64,000 bases of DNA from Pedobacter sp. (GTDB taxonomy: Bacteria > Bacteroidota > Bacteroidia > Sphingobacteriales > Sphingobacteriaceae): the NCBI GenBank assembly GCA_036676435.1, contig JAKFCV010000003.1, positions 606 through 64,605 on the forward strand, written 5' to 3'. Positions 39,577 to 48,056 of this stretch are shown here, piece by piece. Made by a program: the position numbers and the translations under genes. Under the pieces are notes generated by a model. The model was not told the DNA's origin. It did no database searches and saw only the letters and a list, made by a program, of their open reading frames with translations. The stretch's first letter is position 1, and every line of letters begins with the position of its first letter.

Positions 39577-40899
39577 ATGCTTAAATGGATCTTTAGTCTT
39601 TTGCTTTTGTTTTCTCTGGCAGGCTATTTCATGTTAGGCTATATATTAGACCGGTCTGCTTTTTACCCCCTGATTAGTGTCTATGGCTGTCTTTTCCTGA
39701 TATATTTCCTGTTTCTTACGTATCTAAGGGACGAAAGCTTTACTATACTGTTAGGTGCCGGATTGCTATTCCGTTTTATACTGATCTTTTCCCTGCCTTC
39801 ATTGTCGGATGATTTTTACCGTTTTGTATGGGACGGGCATATTCAGCAATCTGGAATTAATCCTTTTGACTTTACACCGAGGGAATATCTAAAACAATAT
39901 CCCGATTTATTTCTTCAGCAGATCTTCCCCTATCTTAACTCCCCGGATTATTACAGCGTATATCCCCAGGTTTGTCAGACCATTTTTAAAATAGCCTCAG
40001 CATTCAGCAGGAATAATCTCATGGGAAATGTAATAATTCTAAAATCTATTATTTTCCTGGCGGAGTGCGGAAGTATCCTAGTCCTGTATAAGTTATTAAA
40101 ACTAAAGGGACAAAATTACAAAGCTGTCCTATATTATGCATTAAATCCGCTGGTCATACTGGAACTTACGGGAAATATTCACTTTGAAGCCCTGATGATA
40201 TTTTTTGTACTCCTCGCAGCCTGGTTCCTGGAAAAGCAAAAATACATAAGTTCAGCCGCAGCCATGGCAATGGCCATTCAGAGCAAACTTCTTCCTCTGA
40301 TCGCCTTACCCCTGTTAATCAACAAACTTGGCTTCAGGAAAGCGATAACATATGGAATTGCCTGTCTGATGATCACTGCGTTTTTAAGTCTAGGACTTTT
40401 GAATTCAGGAGAAAGGTTAACCCATTTTTTCAACAGCCTTCAGTTATATTATGGAAAATTTGAATTCAACGGGGGGCTGTACCTTCTTCTGCGTTCCATA
40501 GGCTGGCGGATATTTCACTATAATCCCATTATGATTTTAAGTAAAACCATGTTTCTGCTAACCATTACAGGCATACTGTATATATATTTGCAGAAAATGG
40601 AAATGCTGGAGGGTTTTTTCTGGCTGCTGATAATATATCTGCTGGGATCGGTTATTGTCCACCCATGGTATCTCAGCCCGCTTATTGCTCTTTCTGCTTT
40701 TGTTAAATACCGGTTTGTCCTGATCTGGTCAGCACTTATCCCCTTAACTTACATTACCTATAGAAGTTTCCCCTACTCAGAAAATTATTGGTTAATAAGC
40801 TTTGAATACCTGTTTACATTCGGCTGGTTCTTATGGGAGTACCGAAGAATGCATGAGGTTATTCTTCATAAAAGTCCTGAAGCGATCCAAAATAATTAA
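39577..40899 (+). CDS. GT-C fold polytopic membrane glycosyltransferase-like protein (GT87/DUF2029-like)
   Basis: 440 aa with about 12 TM helices. The first extracytoplasmic loop carries SLSDDFYRFVWDG, an acidic DD motif as in polyprenyl-P-sugar-dependent GT-C enzymes. Confidence 0.6.
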   Translation: MLKWIFSLLLLFSLAGYFMLGYILDRSAFYPLISVYGCLFLIYFLFLTYLRDESFTILLGAGLLFRFILIFSLPSLSDDFYRFVWDGHIQQSGINPFDFTPREYLKQYPDLFLQQIFPYLNSPDYYSVYPQVCQTIFKIASAFSRNNLMGNVIILKSIIFLAECGSILVLYKLLKLKGQNYKAVLYYALNPLVILELTGNIHFEALMIFFVLLAAWFLEKQKYISSAAAMAMAIQSKLLPLIALPLLINKLGFRKAITYGIACLMITAFLSLGLLNSGERLTHFFNSLQLYYGKFEFNGGLYLLLRSIGWRIFHYNPIMILSKTMFLLTITGILYIYLQKMEMLEGFFWLLIIYLLGSVIVHPWYLSPLIALSAFVKYRFVLIWSALIPLTYITYRSFPYSENYWLISFEYLFTFGWFLWEYRRMHEVILHKSPEAIQNN

Positions 40900-41239
40900 T
40901 ATTCCAGCCTTCGATCATATCCTCAAGATCAGAATCCGGAATATTTGTATGACGCAATTCCACAGAAGTTCCGTTTTTATCGGGATGGAGAATGAAGGTA
41001 ACTATGGACTCTTCCGGCTGATCGCCAAAATACCATTGCTGAACAATCTTTTTATTCTCCACAAACTCAATATTCTTGCCGGCGATACTATCATCCCACA
41101 AAGAGAATTCTGAGCCCGGCTCTGTACTCATTATTGCTTCTGAACCGGTCCACAATAAGAGTGTCAATGGATTTGTTAAGGCCAGGTATACATCTTCAGG
41201 CGGCGCCTGAACCAGATAATAATTCTTAAAATCTTTCAT
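40859..41239 (-). CDS. SRPBCC (Aha1/START-like) domain protein
   Basis: 126-aa ORF with the pattern APPEDVYLALTNP...WTG....G..F..........G...E typical of the AHSA1/SRPBCC family. The track TTG start at 41248 was trimmed to the ATG at 41239. Confidence 0.7.
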   Translation of the reverse strand: MKDFKNYYLVQAPPEDVYLALTNPLTLLLWTGSEAIMSTEPGSEFSLWDDSIAGKNIEFVENKKIVQQWYFGDQPEESIVTFILHPDKNGTSVELRHTNIPDSDLEDMIEGWNINYFGSLQDFYEE

Positions 41240-41696
41240 ATTATTCAAAATGCAAAATTAAGAAAAAGACCGGTAAACCTGAGCCAAGCCCAAATATAGT
41301 ATATGTAATCTGCCGGCAAATTATACAAAGTTTGAGTCCCCCTCATGGATCACACTATTTACAGGGCTTGAATTAAAGAATTCGCTTTTCATCACATTTT
41401 TCCGGCAAACGGTCACATTTATTATAATAATAAATCTGCACAAACTATAATTGCAGCGCAATGGAGGTAGAATTAACCCCATTGAAATGTACTTTAAACC
41501 CCTATTTAACGCCGATGTGCTAAAAACACTTTTTTTAAATTTTTTAGCAACATATCGTAACAGTTGACGTCATATAGTCAATTAAGATGGGTGATTATGA
41601 CCGGAAGAAGGAAGTCTGAAGACTATCAGAAATTGAATACAATCCAAAGGAAATAATTCCTTGCTGAGATCAAATATCAAAAAAAATACATTATCT

Positions 41697-42128
41697 ATGA
41701 ACGAGGACCAGAATGAAAAAAGCCGGCAAACTATCTCCAATAGGGGTCCCATAAACCTCAGAGTAAGTTTTCCAGCAAGGCTTGTTTCCCGGCTCTCTAA
41801 TGCCCTGGATTTTGTTTTATGCAAACTTGATTTCACCCCTCTTCACAGGTTCAATTTTGGTGAAATTCTTGAAGGAGAGCCGGCCAGAGTAGAAGATATC
41901 AATGGAAACATCCTGACATTAACCTTGAATATCATAAAGGAAGACACCGGCATATCGAATATTATCTTCCACACGGACGATTGCCTGAGAGACTACCATA
42001 AATACATAGTATCCGGCGTTGAATTTATAAAAAGGCCGGAATACACTTCTGCAGGTTTACAGGTAGAATTTATAGGTAATGATAATGAGCAGTATACTCT
42101 GCTCGAGGAAAGAGTTTACACCGATTAA
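41697..42128 (+). CDS. VOC (glyoxalase/bleomycin-resistance fold)-like protein
   Basis: INLRV....ALDFVLCKLDF and the later HTDDCLRDY...GVEF resemble the paired beta-alpha-beta-beta-beta modules of the VOC family. The track TTG start at 41661 was trimmed to the ATG at 41697. Confidence 0.5.
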   Translation: MNEDQNEKSRQTISNRGPINLRVSFPARLVSRLSNALDFVLCKLDFTPLHRFNFGEILEGEPARVEDINGNILTLTLNIIKEDTGISNIIFHTDDCLRDYHKYIVSGVEFIKRPEYTSAGLQVEFIGNDNEQYTLLEERVYTD

Positions 42129-42148
42129 CCAGCAATAAAGCCAAAGCC

Positions 42149-43018
42149 ATGAAATTTTTACGAGTTCTGAAAAACGATAACCAGATCTATAGTGAAACTG
42201 TTCAACAAGCTTACTATCCTGACCACAGCAGCAATTTTTCAATTAAAATGGTGTTTAGTGGTTACAAAACCTATAAGATTGGCAACCGTGAACTGAATGT
42301 ATATCCCGGAAACTTTATTGCAATAAATGAAGGAACTAGGTATTCAAGTAAGATCGATTCCTCAATACCGGTAAGCAACCTGTCTATTTCATTTTCCCCG
42401 TCTTTTTTAAATGATTTTAAAAGAACTCAGAGAATCAGCGACAGGAGTATTCTGGATGAGCCTTTTCAAACTGATCAATATAGTTCAGAAGCTCCTCTGG
42501 AAACCATTTATCCCCTTACCGGGGATATGAAATATAATATTATGCACTTAAAACAGCATATTGAAGAAGGAATGCCGGATGATCTCCTGATTAATGAATA
42601 CTTATACCATTGCCTTCTAAATTATTACAAGGTATATAATAAGGAGGTTACAGATAAATCAGATAAACTAAGCTTTTTAAACAGCCGAACCAAGGTTGAG
42701 ATCCTCAAGCGGCTTACTCTGGCAAAAGAATATATTATAAGCAATTATAATAAAAATATAGAGTTAGATGATATTGCTAAAAATGCCTGCCTTTCGGTTA
42801 ACCACCTTCTCCGCACCTTCAAACAGGCTTATGGAAAATCGCCGCATCAATACCTAATTCAGGTAAGGTTAGACAGGTCTAAATATCTTCTTGGGAATAC
42901 CAATCATTCTATTAATGAGATTGTAGAATTGATTGGGTTCGAGTGTCCGAGTGCCTTCATCCGTTTATTTAAAAAGATCAATAAGGTAACTCCCGGAAAG
43001 TATCGTCAGGAAATCTGA
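42149..43018 (+). CDS. AraC/XylS family transcriptional regulator
   Basis: C-terminal double helix-turn-helix (LDDIAKNACLSVNHLLRTFK...SINEIVELIGFECPSAFIRLFKK) and an N-terminal cupin-like sensor domain. Confidence 0.9.
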   Translation: MKFLRVLKNDNQIYSETVQQAYYPDHSSNFSIKMVFSGYKTYKIGNRELNVYPGNFIAINEGTRYSSKIDSSIPVSNLSISFSPSFLNDFKRTQRISDRSILDEPFQTDQYSSEAPLETIYPLTGDMKYNIMHLKQHIEEGMPDDLLINEYLYHCLLNYYKVYNKEVTDKSDKLSFLNSRTKVEILKRLTLAKEYIISNYNKNIELDDIAKNACLSVNHLLRTFKQAYGKSPHQYLIQVRLDRSKYLLGNTNHSINEIVELIGFECPSAFIRLFKKINKVTPGKYRQEI

Positions 43019-43067
43019 AATAATTCAAAATCTTCACTGGCAAGGAAATCTGTCCTTCTTAATTTTA

Positions 43068-43331
43068 CTATCCGCAGCCCTTATATCTTTCGTTATGTTT
43101 TCTGAAAAAACTTTTCATAGGAACTGGTCCTCCTTTTATTTGATACCCCCTGTCGGGAGAAGTCGGATTTTCAGCAGCAAAAGTCCGGGGTTTTATATCC
43201 CCAAATATATTTAATCCACTGTTCATTATTAGCGCTTTTAAATGGGTCGGAAGAACTTTTAACATACCCTTAACAAACCATTTTAAAGCCTTATCTGAAT
43301 CCTGTTGAATATAAAATAACCAAAAACTCAC
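43068..43331 (-). CDS. Hypothetical protein (weak call)
   Basis: 87-codon ORF with a GTG start and no recognisable motif. It is the only ORF in an otherwise empty 490-nt gap. Confidence 0.25.
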   Translation of the reverse strand: MSFWLFYIQQDSDKALKWFVKGMLKVLPTHLKALIMNSGLNIFGDIKPRTFAAENPTSPDRGYQIKGGPVPMKSFFRKHNERYKGCG

Positions 43332-43511
43332 AACTAACTATAACTATTTAAAAATCAAATACTTAATTATAAATACAACTCCAATCAGGGTAAATTTTAT
43401 GTCTTTAAATCATCTTATATCATTTCAGTTACATCCTTTTAATGGTGCTTTCTGCCTACACGTGAAGGCCGTTCCATACTGACCTTTAGCAAACATTTAA
43501 AGCAAAAAAAT

Positions 43512-43967
43512 ATGGAACTTAAATCATTATTGTTTTGTGCTGTACTAAGTACAGCCCTAACTGCTTCAGCATTTGCTGATAACCCTCCGGCCCCTAAAGT
43601 TAAAAATGTTATCACTGAATTTGCTGAAAGTCACCTGGTCACTGATGCAAAAAAACTTTCAAAGATTATGAGTGAAGATGCCCAGGTTAAATTTTCCAGA
43701 GGCAATGAAGTGTTATACCATAGCCTGGCCTCTATCCTTAAACTTATGAGACAGAATGAAGGGATCAGCCAAAACTGCTCAACATCTTATGACATTATAG
43801 CCAGCAGCGAGGCCCTGGTTATGGCAAAAGTGGAATTTGCTTATCAGGATTTTGTGATCGAAAATTATCTGACCCTGGAACGCGATAAAAATGACAATTG
43901 GAAAATAACCAGGATCAATAAATTCTTTACAGATAACGCACCAGCTAACGTTTTGAGCAACAAATAG
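43512..43967 (+). CDS. Secreted NTF2-fold (SnoaL/lumazine-binding-like) protein
   Basis: Signal peptide (LSTALTASAFA). The size of about 130 aa and the C-terminal NWKITRI pattern are typical of NTF2-like domains. Confidence 0.55.
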   Translation: MELKSLLFCAVLSTALTASAFADNPPAPKVKNVITEFAESHLVTDAKKLSKIMSEDAQVKFSRGNEVLYHSLASILKLMRQNEGISQNCSTSYDIIASSEALVMAKVEFAYQDFVIENYLTLERDKNDNWKITRINKFFTDNAPANVLSNK

Positions 43968-44188
43968 ATAAAATGGCCAATTCAGAAAAATCAGAAGAGC
44001 GATCAATAAAAGATAGCTCTTCTGTTAAATATATTCCTTTGTAACAATGTCGGGGATATACTTCTAAAACTAAATTATAACATTTAGTGGCTGTAATTTT
44101 GCCATGTGCAATTTAGATAATTTCAGGTAATCACCTTGAAATCCGTCGGATGATTAGAAAATATTAGTCTAATAATAGAATACATTAT

Positions 44189-45094
44189 ATGAATAGTACC
44201 AAAGTTAATACAATATCAGAACGATACAGCAGCAGATATAATCGAGGATTTCTGAGAATGCTCAAACATGACGGGCAGTCTGAAACAAATAAGTACATTG
44301 ACCAATTTTATAGTTCGCAGGATTATCAGGGTCGGCTGGAGGCCATTACATATCTGATTAACGCTTTCGGAAAACATGAGATCCCCATCGAAATTTTCAC
44401 CGATGCGCTCAATGATTTTTGCTCTCAGGTCAAATTATATGTTCTGAAGAATTTCGACTTCAGCAGTGAAAATTCTACGGAAATTAAACTATGTCTGGTT
44501 AATATCGCTCAAAATGATGAGAAGCTTCAACTCAGAGCCCTTGCTTTAGAAAAACTGTCAGAACTATTCCCAAATGGGAACTATGATCTGTTTTTTTCAA
44601 CATCTCTGTTAAAAAGTTCCAAAGAATCTGCGGCGGGATTAAAGGGCTTATATAATCTGGATAAGGAAAAAGCTTACCAAATGGCAAAATTCAGGGCTGA
44701 AACATCTACCGGGAATTTAGATATTGCTATCGGAGAAATATTTCAGTTGCAGGGAAATATCGAAGATCTTGATTTTTTCAGAATCCGGCTTGAAGCAAGA
44801 ACCAAGTTCAATAAAATTGAACTTATCCATATTTATCTGAAAATGCTGGGTAAAATCGAGAACCCTCCCACCATTAAAAGCCATTTACATTTCATTTGCG
44901 AAAACATCTTAAAAACGACCAATACCGAATTAATTCAGCTTCTGATCATGGAACTGCACAACTTTATTTCCGAACATAATGACCTTTTGGAAAGGAATTA
45001 TGAGCTGCTGGAATTCGTTAACAATACAATAAATCAGCTCCTGGGAAAAAATTACATGAAGAATAAAAACATTGACCCCTTCGGGCCCTTATAG
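44189..45094 (+). CDS. All-helical (HEAT/ARM-like repeat) protein of unknown function
   Basis: 301-aa ORF with helical-repeat character (RLEAITYLI, LQLRALALEKLSEL). No signal peptide or catalytic motifs. Confidence 0.5.
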   Translation: MNSTKVNTISERYSSRYNRGFLRMLKHDGQSETNKYIDQFYSSQDYQGRLEAITYLINAFGKHEIPIEIFTDALNDFCSQVKLYVLKNFDFSSENSTEIKLCLVNIAQNDEKLQLRALALEKLSELFPNGNYDLFFSTSLLKSSKESAAGLKGLYNLDKEKAYQMAKFRAETSTGNLDIAIGEIFQLQGNIEDLDFFRIRLEARTKFNKIELIHIYLKMLGKIENPPTIKSHLHFICENILKTTNTELIQLLIMELHNFISEHNDLLERNYELLEFVNNTINQLLGKNYMKNKNIDPFGPL

Positions 45095-45125
45095 AATTAT
45101 ACTGATAGCCCGTTAAATTCTTTTT

Positions 45126-45150
45126 AAAAAAAAAGTCCGCAAATGCGGAC
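45126..45150 (-). terminator. Rho-independent terminator after the histone H1-like gene
   Basis: Stem GTCCGC / GCGGAC with loop AAAT, followed by a 9-nt T-run on the minus strand. Confidence 0.7.
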
Positions 45151-45176
45151 CTGTAAACTTTCAGAAAGCGATAGTA

Positions 45177-45356
45177 TTATTTAGCACTATTCTTTTTCTC
45201 AGTTACTTCAGTTCTGATTTCCTGAGCTAGGTTCTTTAGATCCTGCATACCTTTACGTACTCTTGTTCCGGCTGCACTATTACCTGAATTGTAGAATTTG
45301 TTCGCGTCAGCTTCAACAGAAGCAAACAGATCTTTCATTTTTGAAAATTTATCCAT
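45177..45356 (-). CDS. Small basic histone H1/Hc1-like DNA-binding protein
   Basis: 59 aa: MDKFSKMKDLFASVEADANKFYNSGNSAAGTRVRKGMQDLKNLAQEIR..., the pattern of the Bacteroidota histone H1-like family. The track TTG start at 45458 was trimmed to the ATG at 45356. Confidence 0.7.
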   Translation of the reverse strand: MDKFSKMKDLFASVEADANKFYNSGNSAAGTRVRKGMQDLKNLAQEIRTEVTEKKNSAK

Positions 45357-45377
45357 CTTTATTTTTTTTAGTTTAAA

Positions 45378-45385
45378 CAAATCTA
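45378..45385 (-). promoter_or_regulatory. Candidate -7 promoter box (TAnnTTTG) for the H1-like gene
   Basis: TAGATTTG on the minus strand lies 21 nt upstream of the ATG at 45356. Confidence 0.45.
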
Positions 45386-45575
45386 ATTTATTTACAGGTA
45401 TTGCCAAGTCATTTTGAAAATATTTTTTCTTTAAAGAATTCCTCATTTTGAACTTCAACTTTTTCCTTTGAGGATTTTAGTTTTTACACTCCAATTTGGC
45501 GGGCTCGTTTTCGATATAGTTAAATTTTTAGTCTTTGCCGGAACAGAGATAACATCGGATCACAATCCCGCCCAA

Positions 45576-47018
45576 TTATTTAATGATCGTTATTGAACCG
45601 GAAAATATCTTCTCAGCATTCTGTAAATCAATGATATAATAATACATCCCAGGCGGAAGGATCCTTCCTTTATAATGTCCATCCCAAGGCTTTTCATAAC
45701 CGCGGCTACTGAAAATCACCTGGCCATACCTGTTAAATATTTTTATTAAAGCTTCTGAATAAGATTTGAGGCCTGCGATATTCCAGAGGTCATTTAGGCC
45801 ATCCCCATTGGGAGTAAACCCATTTGGTATAACAATTTGGCTATAAACCTTAACGAACACCTCATCACTGACCGTCATATTACAGCCGTCAATTACCTGC
45901 AGTGTATAAATAATGTCTGTTAAAGGTGTTGCAATCGGGTTAAGTTTACGCGGATCATCCAAATAGGTCGACGGACTCCATAAAAAAGAAACATTATTTC
46001 CACCCGTCTGGCCATCCAGTATCACAGGCTTCCCTGCCATCGTGCTTTTATCCGGCCCGGCATTCACAACTGGCTTTGGCTTTACCGTTACAGTCATAGG
46101 GGAAGATAAAACCCTGCAGCCAACAGTAGTGATATTTATGGACTCGGCCACGGCCAGCCGGTACTTATATTCTCCAAGGGATGAACCGCCCAGGAATACT
46201 TGTGATGTGCTTGAATTTGCCCCCTGTATATCCACCCACTGATTACTGTTATCACTCATTTGCCACTGGTAGGCTGGATTGGTATATCCACCGGAAACCT
46301 TCGCAGAGAGCATAAGCGTGCTGGATTGACCTTCACAAACTAATAAGGGAGCATCACTCCCATTAATTCCGGTTTGAATGGTAGGTCCGCATGGTCGGAA
46401 AGTGATATCGTCAAGGGCCAGATCATTTCCATTTCCTCCGGGTGCATTATTGATTATTTTCAATACCACCTGAGAGGTACTTGCCGTGGTAGTGAATATC
46501 AACCCGTATTTGTTCCATTCAGGTGTACTTGTTTCGATAATATTTCCTGTTTGGTAAGAACCAAGCGGAGCGCCGTCTATAGTTTCTATGATAAATGAAA
46601 GATTTGGCTTATTACCCGCTGCAGAGGGCTTCAATACGTTTACTACATAGGCAGAAAATTCATAGGTAGTGCCCGGACAAAGCCCATTTATAGTTTGTCT
46701 GAAGAACTCGCCCGGAGAATTTGAAGCGTTAACCAGCATCATATACCCGTTTATATCCCCCGATGTATGATCTTCCGCAAGTGTATGCCAGTTATTTCCA
46801 AAGCAACCTGAAGTACTACTGACAATCGTATAGCTGCCATCTGAAGGACAGGATATAGTGGTGTAATTATAATTGGTAGACTGGAGAGGGCCGGGATGAG
46901 GTCCACTACTAAATGTAAGATTGACAACGGGTTCACCAAAACTCCCTGTGCAGGTTTGTGCATCAGAGTTTAATGGCAAAACCAATATCAAAAAAAAGCA
47001 ATAGTTTATAAACCTCAC
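45576..47018 (-). CDS. T9SS type-B C-terminal sorting domain (gliding-motility-associated CTD) cell-surface protein
   Basis: Signal peptide, a jelly-roll/CBM-like N-terminal region, an Ig-like middle region, and the C-terminal PNGFTPNGDGLNDLW...Y.G motif of the CHU_C/type-B CTD. Confidence 0.85.
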   Translation of the reverse strand: MRFINYCFFLILVLPLNSDAQTCTGSFGEPVVNLTFSSGPHPGPLQSTNYNYTTISCPSDGSYTIVSSTSGCFGNNWHTLAEDHTSGDINGYMMLVNASNSPGEFFRQTINGLCPGTTYEFSAYVVNVLKPSAAGNKPNLSFIIETIDGAPLGSYQTGNIIETSTPEWNKYGLIFTTTASTSQVVLKIINNAPGGNGNDLALDDITFRPCGPTIQTGINGSDAPLLVCEGQSSTLMLSAKVSGGYTNPAYQWQMSDNSNQWVDIQGANSSTSQVFLGGSSLGEYKYRLAVAESINITTVGCRVLSSPMTVTVKPKPVVNAGPDKSTMAGKPVILDGQTGGNNVSFLWSPSTYLDDPRKLNPIATPLTDIIYTLQVIDGCNMTVSDEVFVKVYSQIVIPNGFTPNGDGLNDLWNIAGLKSYSEALIKIFNRYGQVIFSSRGYEKPWDGHYKGRILPPGMYYYIIDLQNAEKIFSGSITIIK

Positions 47019-47592
47019 TGTCTATTGAAAGATAATAGAGCTAAACTAAGGATTTTATCAATTTGATGTATCATTAAATAGGATCAGTATTTAAACTCCC
47101 TCGCCATTTACCCCTGAAAAAATCCTAAAATTCAGTCAGAAATAAAGCAGGTTAATCCTGTGGATGTTATTAAATGGATAACCGGATGGAGGAAGGATAA
47201 ATCAGACACCTTTGAACTGACCTGGAAGGATATAAGCACCAATACTGTATTAAAAATGACCAGATAGACTGACTCCGAGCGGGGACAGTATTCTCTTTTA
47301 GATACAAAAAGTACCATAAACTGTACAAGTTTTACTTGCACATCTCCTCTCAGGAAAAATAATAAAAAAAAGTCGGACAATCCGATTTTAAGGTAAATAA
47401 ATCGCAAAATTTAATCTTCGATTTGGCCATTCAATCCAATTATATTCCCTTAAAGCCTTTAAAGAAGCCTTTTGGTTTTTTTTGAAAATACGATAAAATT
47501 TAAACGGATGGTATGGAGTAGTACTTAATCGGGGAATTTAGGGGGTTATTTCACAATAGAGGCACTGCTGCTCTGGCATATATCTTGTATAA

Positions 47593-48018
47593 ATGATCAT
47601 GCATCTTAATTCTCTCCCTATGAAAAACTATTCCTTCACCCAGCCGCCTATTAAAAAAAAGAAAATTTTAATAGTGGATGATGAAGTTAGCGTACTAAAG
47701 CTACTTGAATTCATCTTAAAAGACGAGTATTCCCCGATAATAAAACAAAGCGGTATCGAGGCACTTTCTTCCCTTAATAACGGAGAAATACCTGATCTTA
47801 TTATTTCCGATATGGACATGCCATATTTCGATGGTGCTGATTTTATCAGATCACTAAAGACTAGTGGTTATTTCAGGAATATACCCGTTATTATATTATC
47901 AGGGTCAGATTCCTCTGAAAACATTAAAGCAAGAGTCCCGTATTTGATAAACGGGATTATGTCGAAGCCTTTCAATCCTGTATTCTTAAAAGAGGCTATC
48001 AGAACATTGCTGAATTAA
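47593..48018 (+). CDS. Stand-alone response-regulator receiver protein (CheY-like)
   Basis: Canonical receiver residues are present: ILIVDDE, DLIISDMDMP (phospho-acceptor Asp), VIILSGS and SKPF (Lys). There is no output domain. The start could also be the ATG at 47620. Confidence 0.85.
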   Translation: MIMHLNSLPMKNYSFTQPPIKKKKILIVDDEVSVLKLLEFILKDEYSPIIKQSGIEALSSLNNGEIPDLIISDMDMPYFDGADFIRSLKTSGYFRNIPVIILSGSDSSENIKARVPYLINGIMSKPFNPVFLKEAIRTLLN

Positions 48019-48056
48019 TAATTTACTTCTTTTTTTAACCTCTCGCCGCTATTGTT

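Noticed and set aside
47118-47270. Start-less plus-strand open frame, considered as a pseudogene feature
   Set aside because: There is no start codon, the frame is only 50 codons, and I cannot name a family. It is reported as an observation in the findings and not called as a pseudogene.
47132-47407. 91-aa minus-strand ORF in the long gap upstream of the EPS locus
   Set aside because: The translation is Phe/Leu/Val-rich, as expected from an AT-rich non-coding strand. It has no motif, no plausible promoter or terminator context, and overlaps the more protein-like plus-strand fragment.
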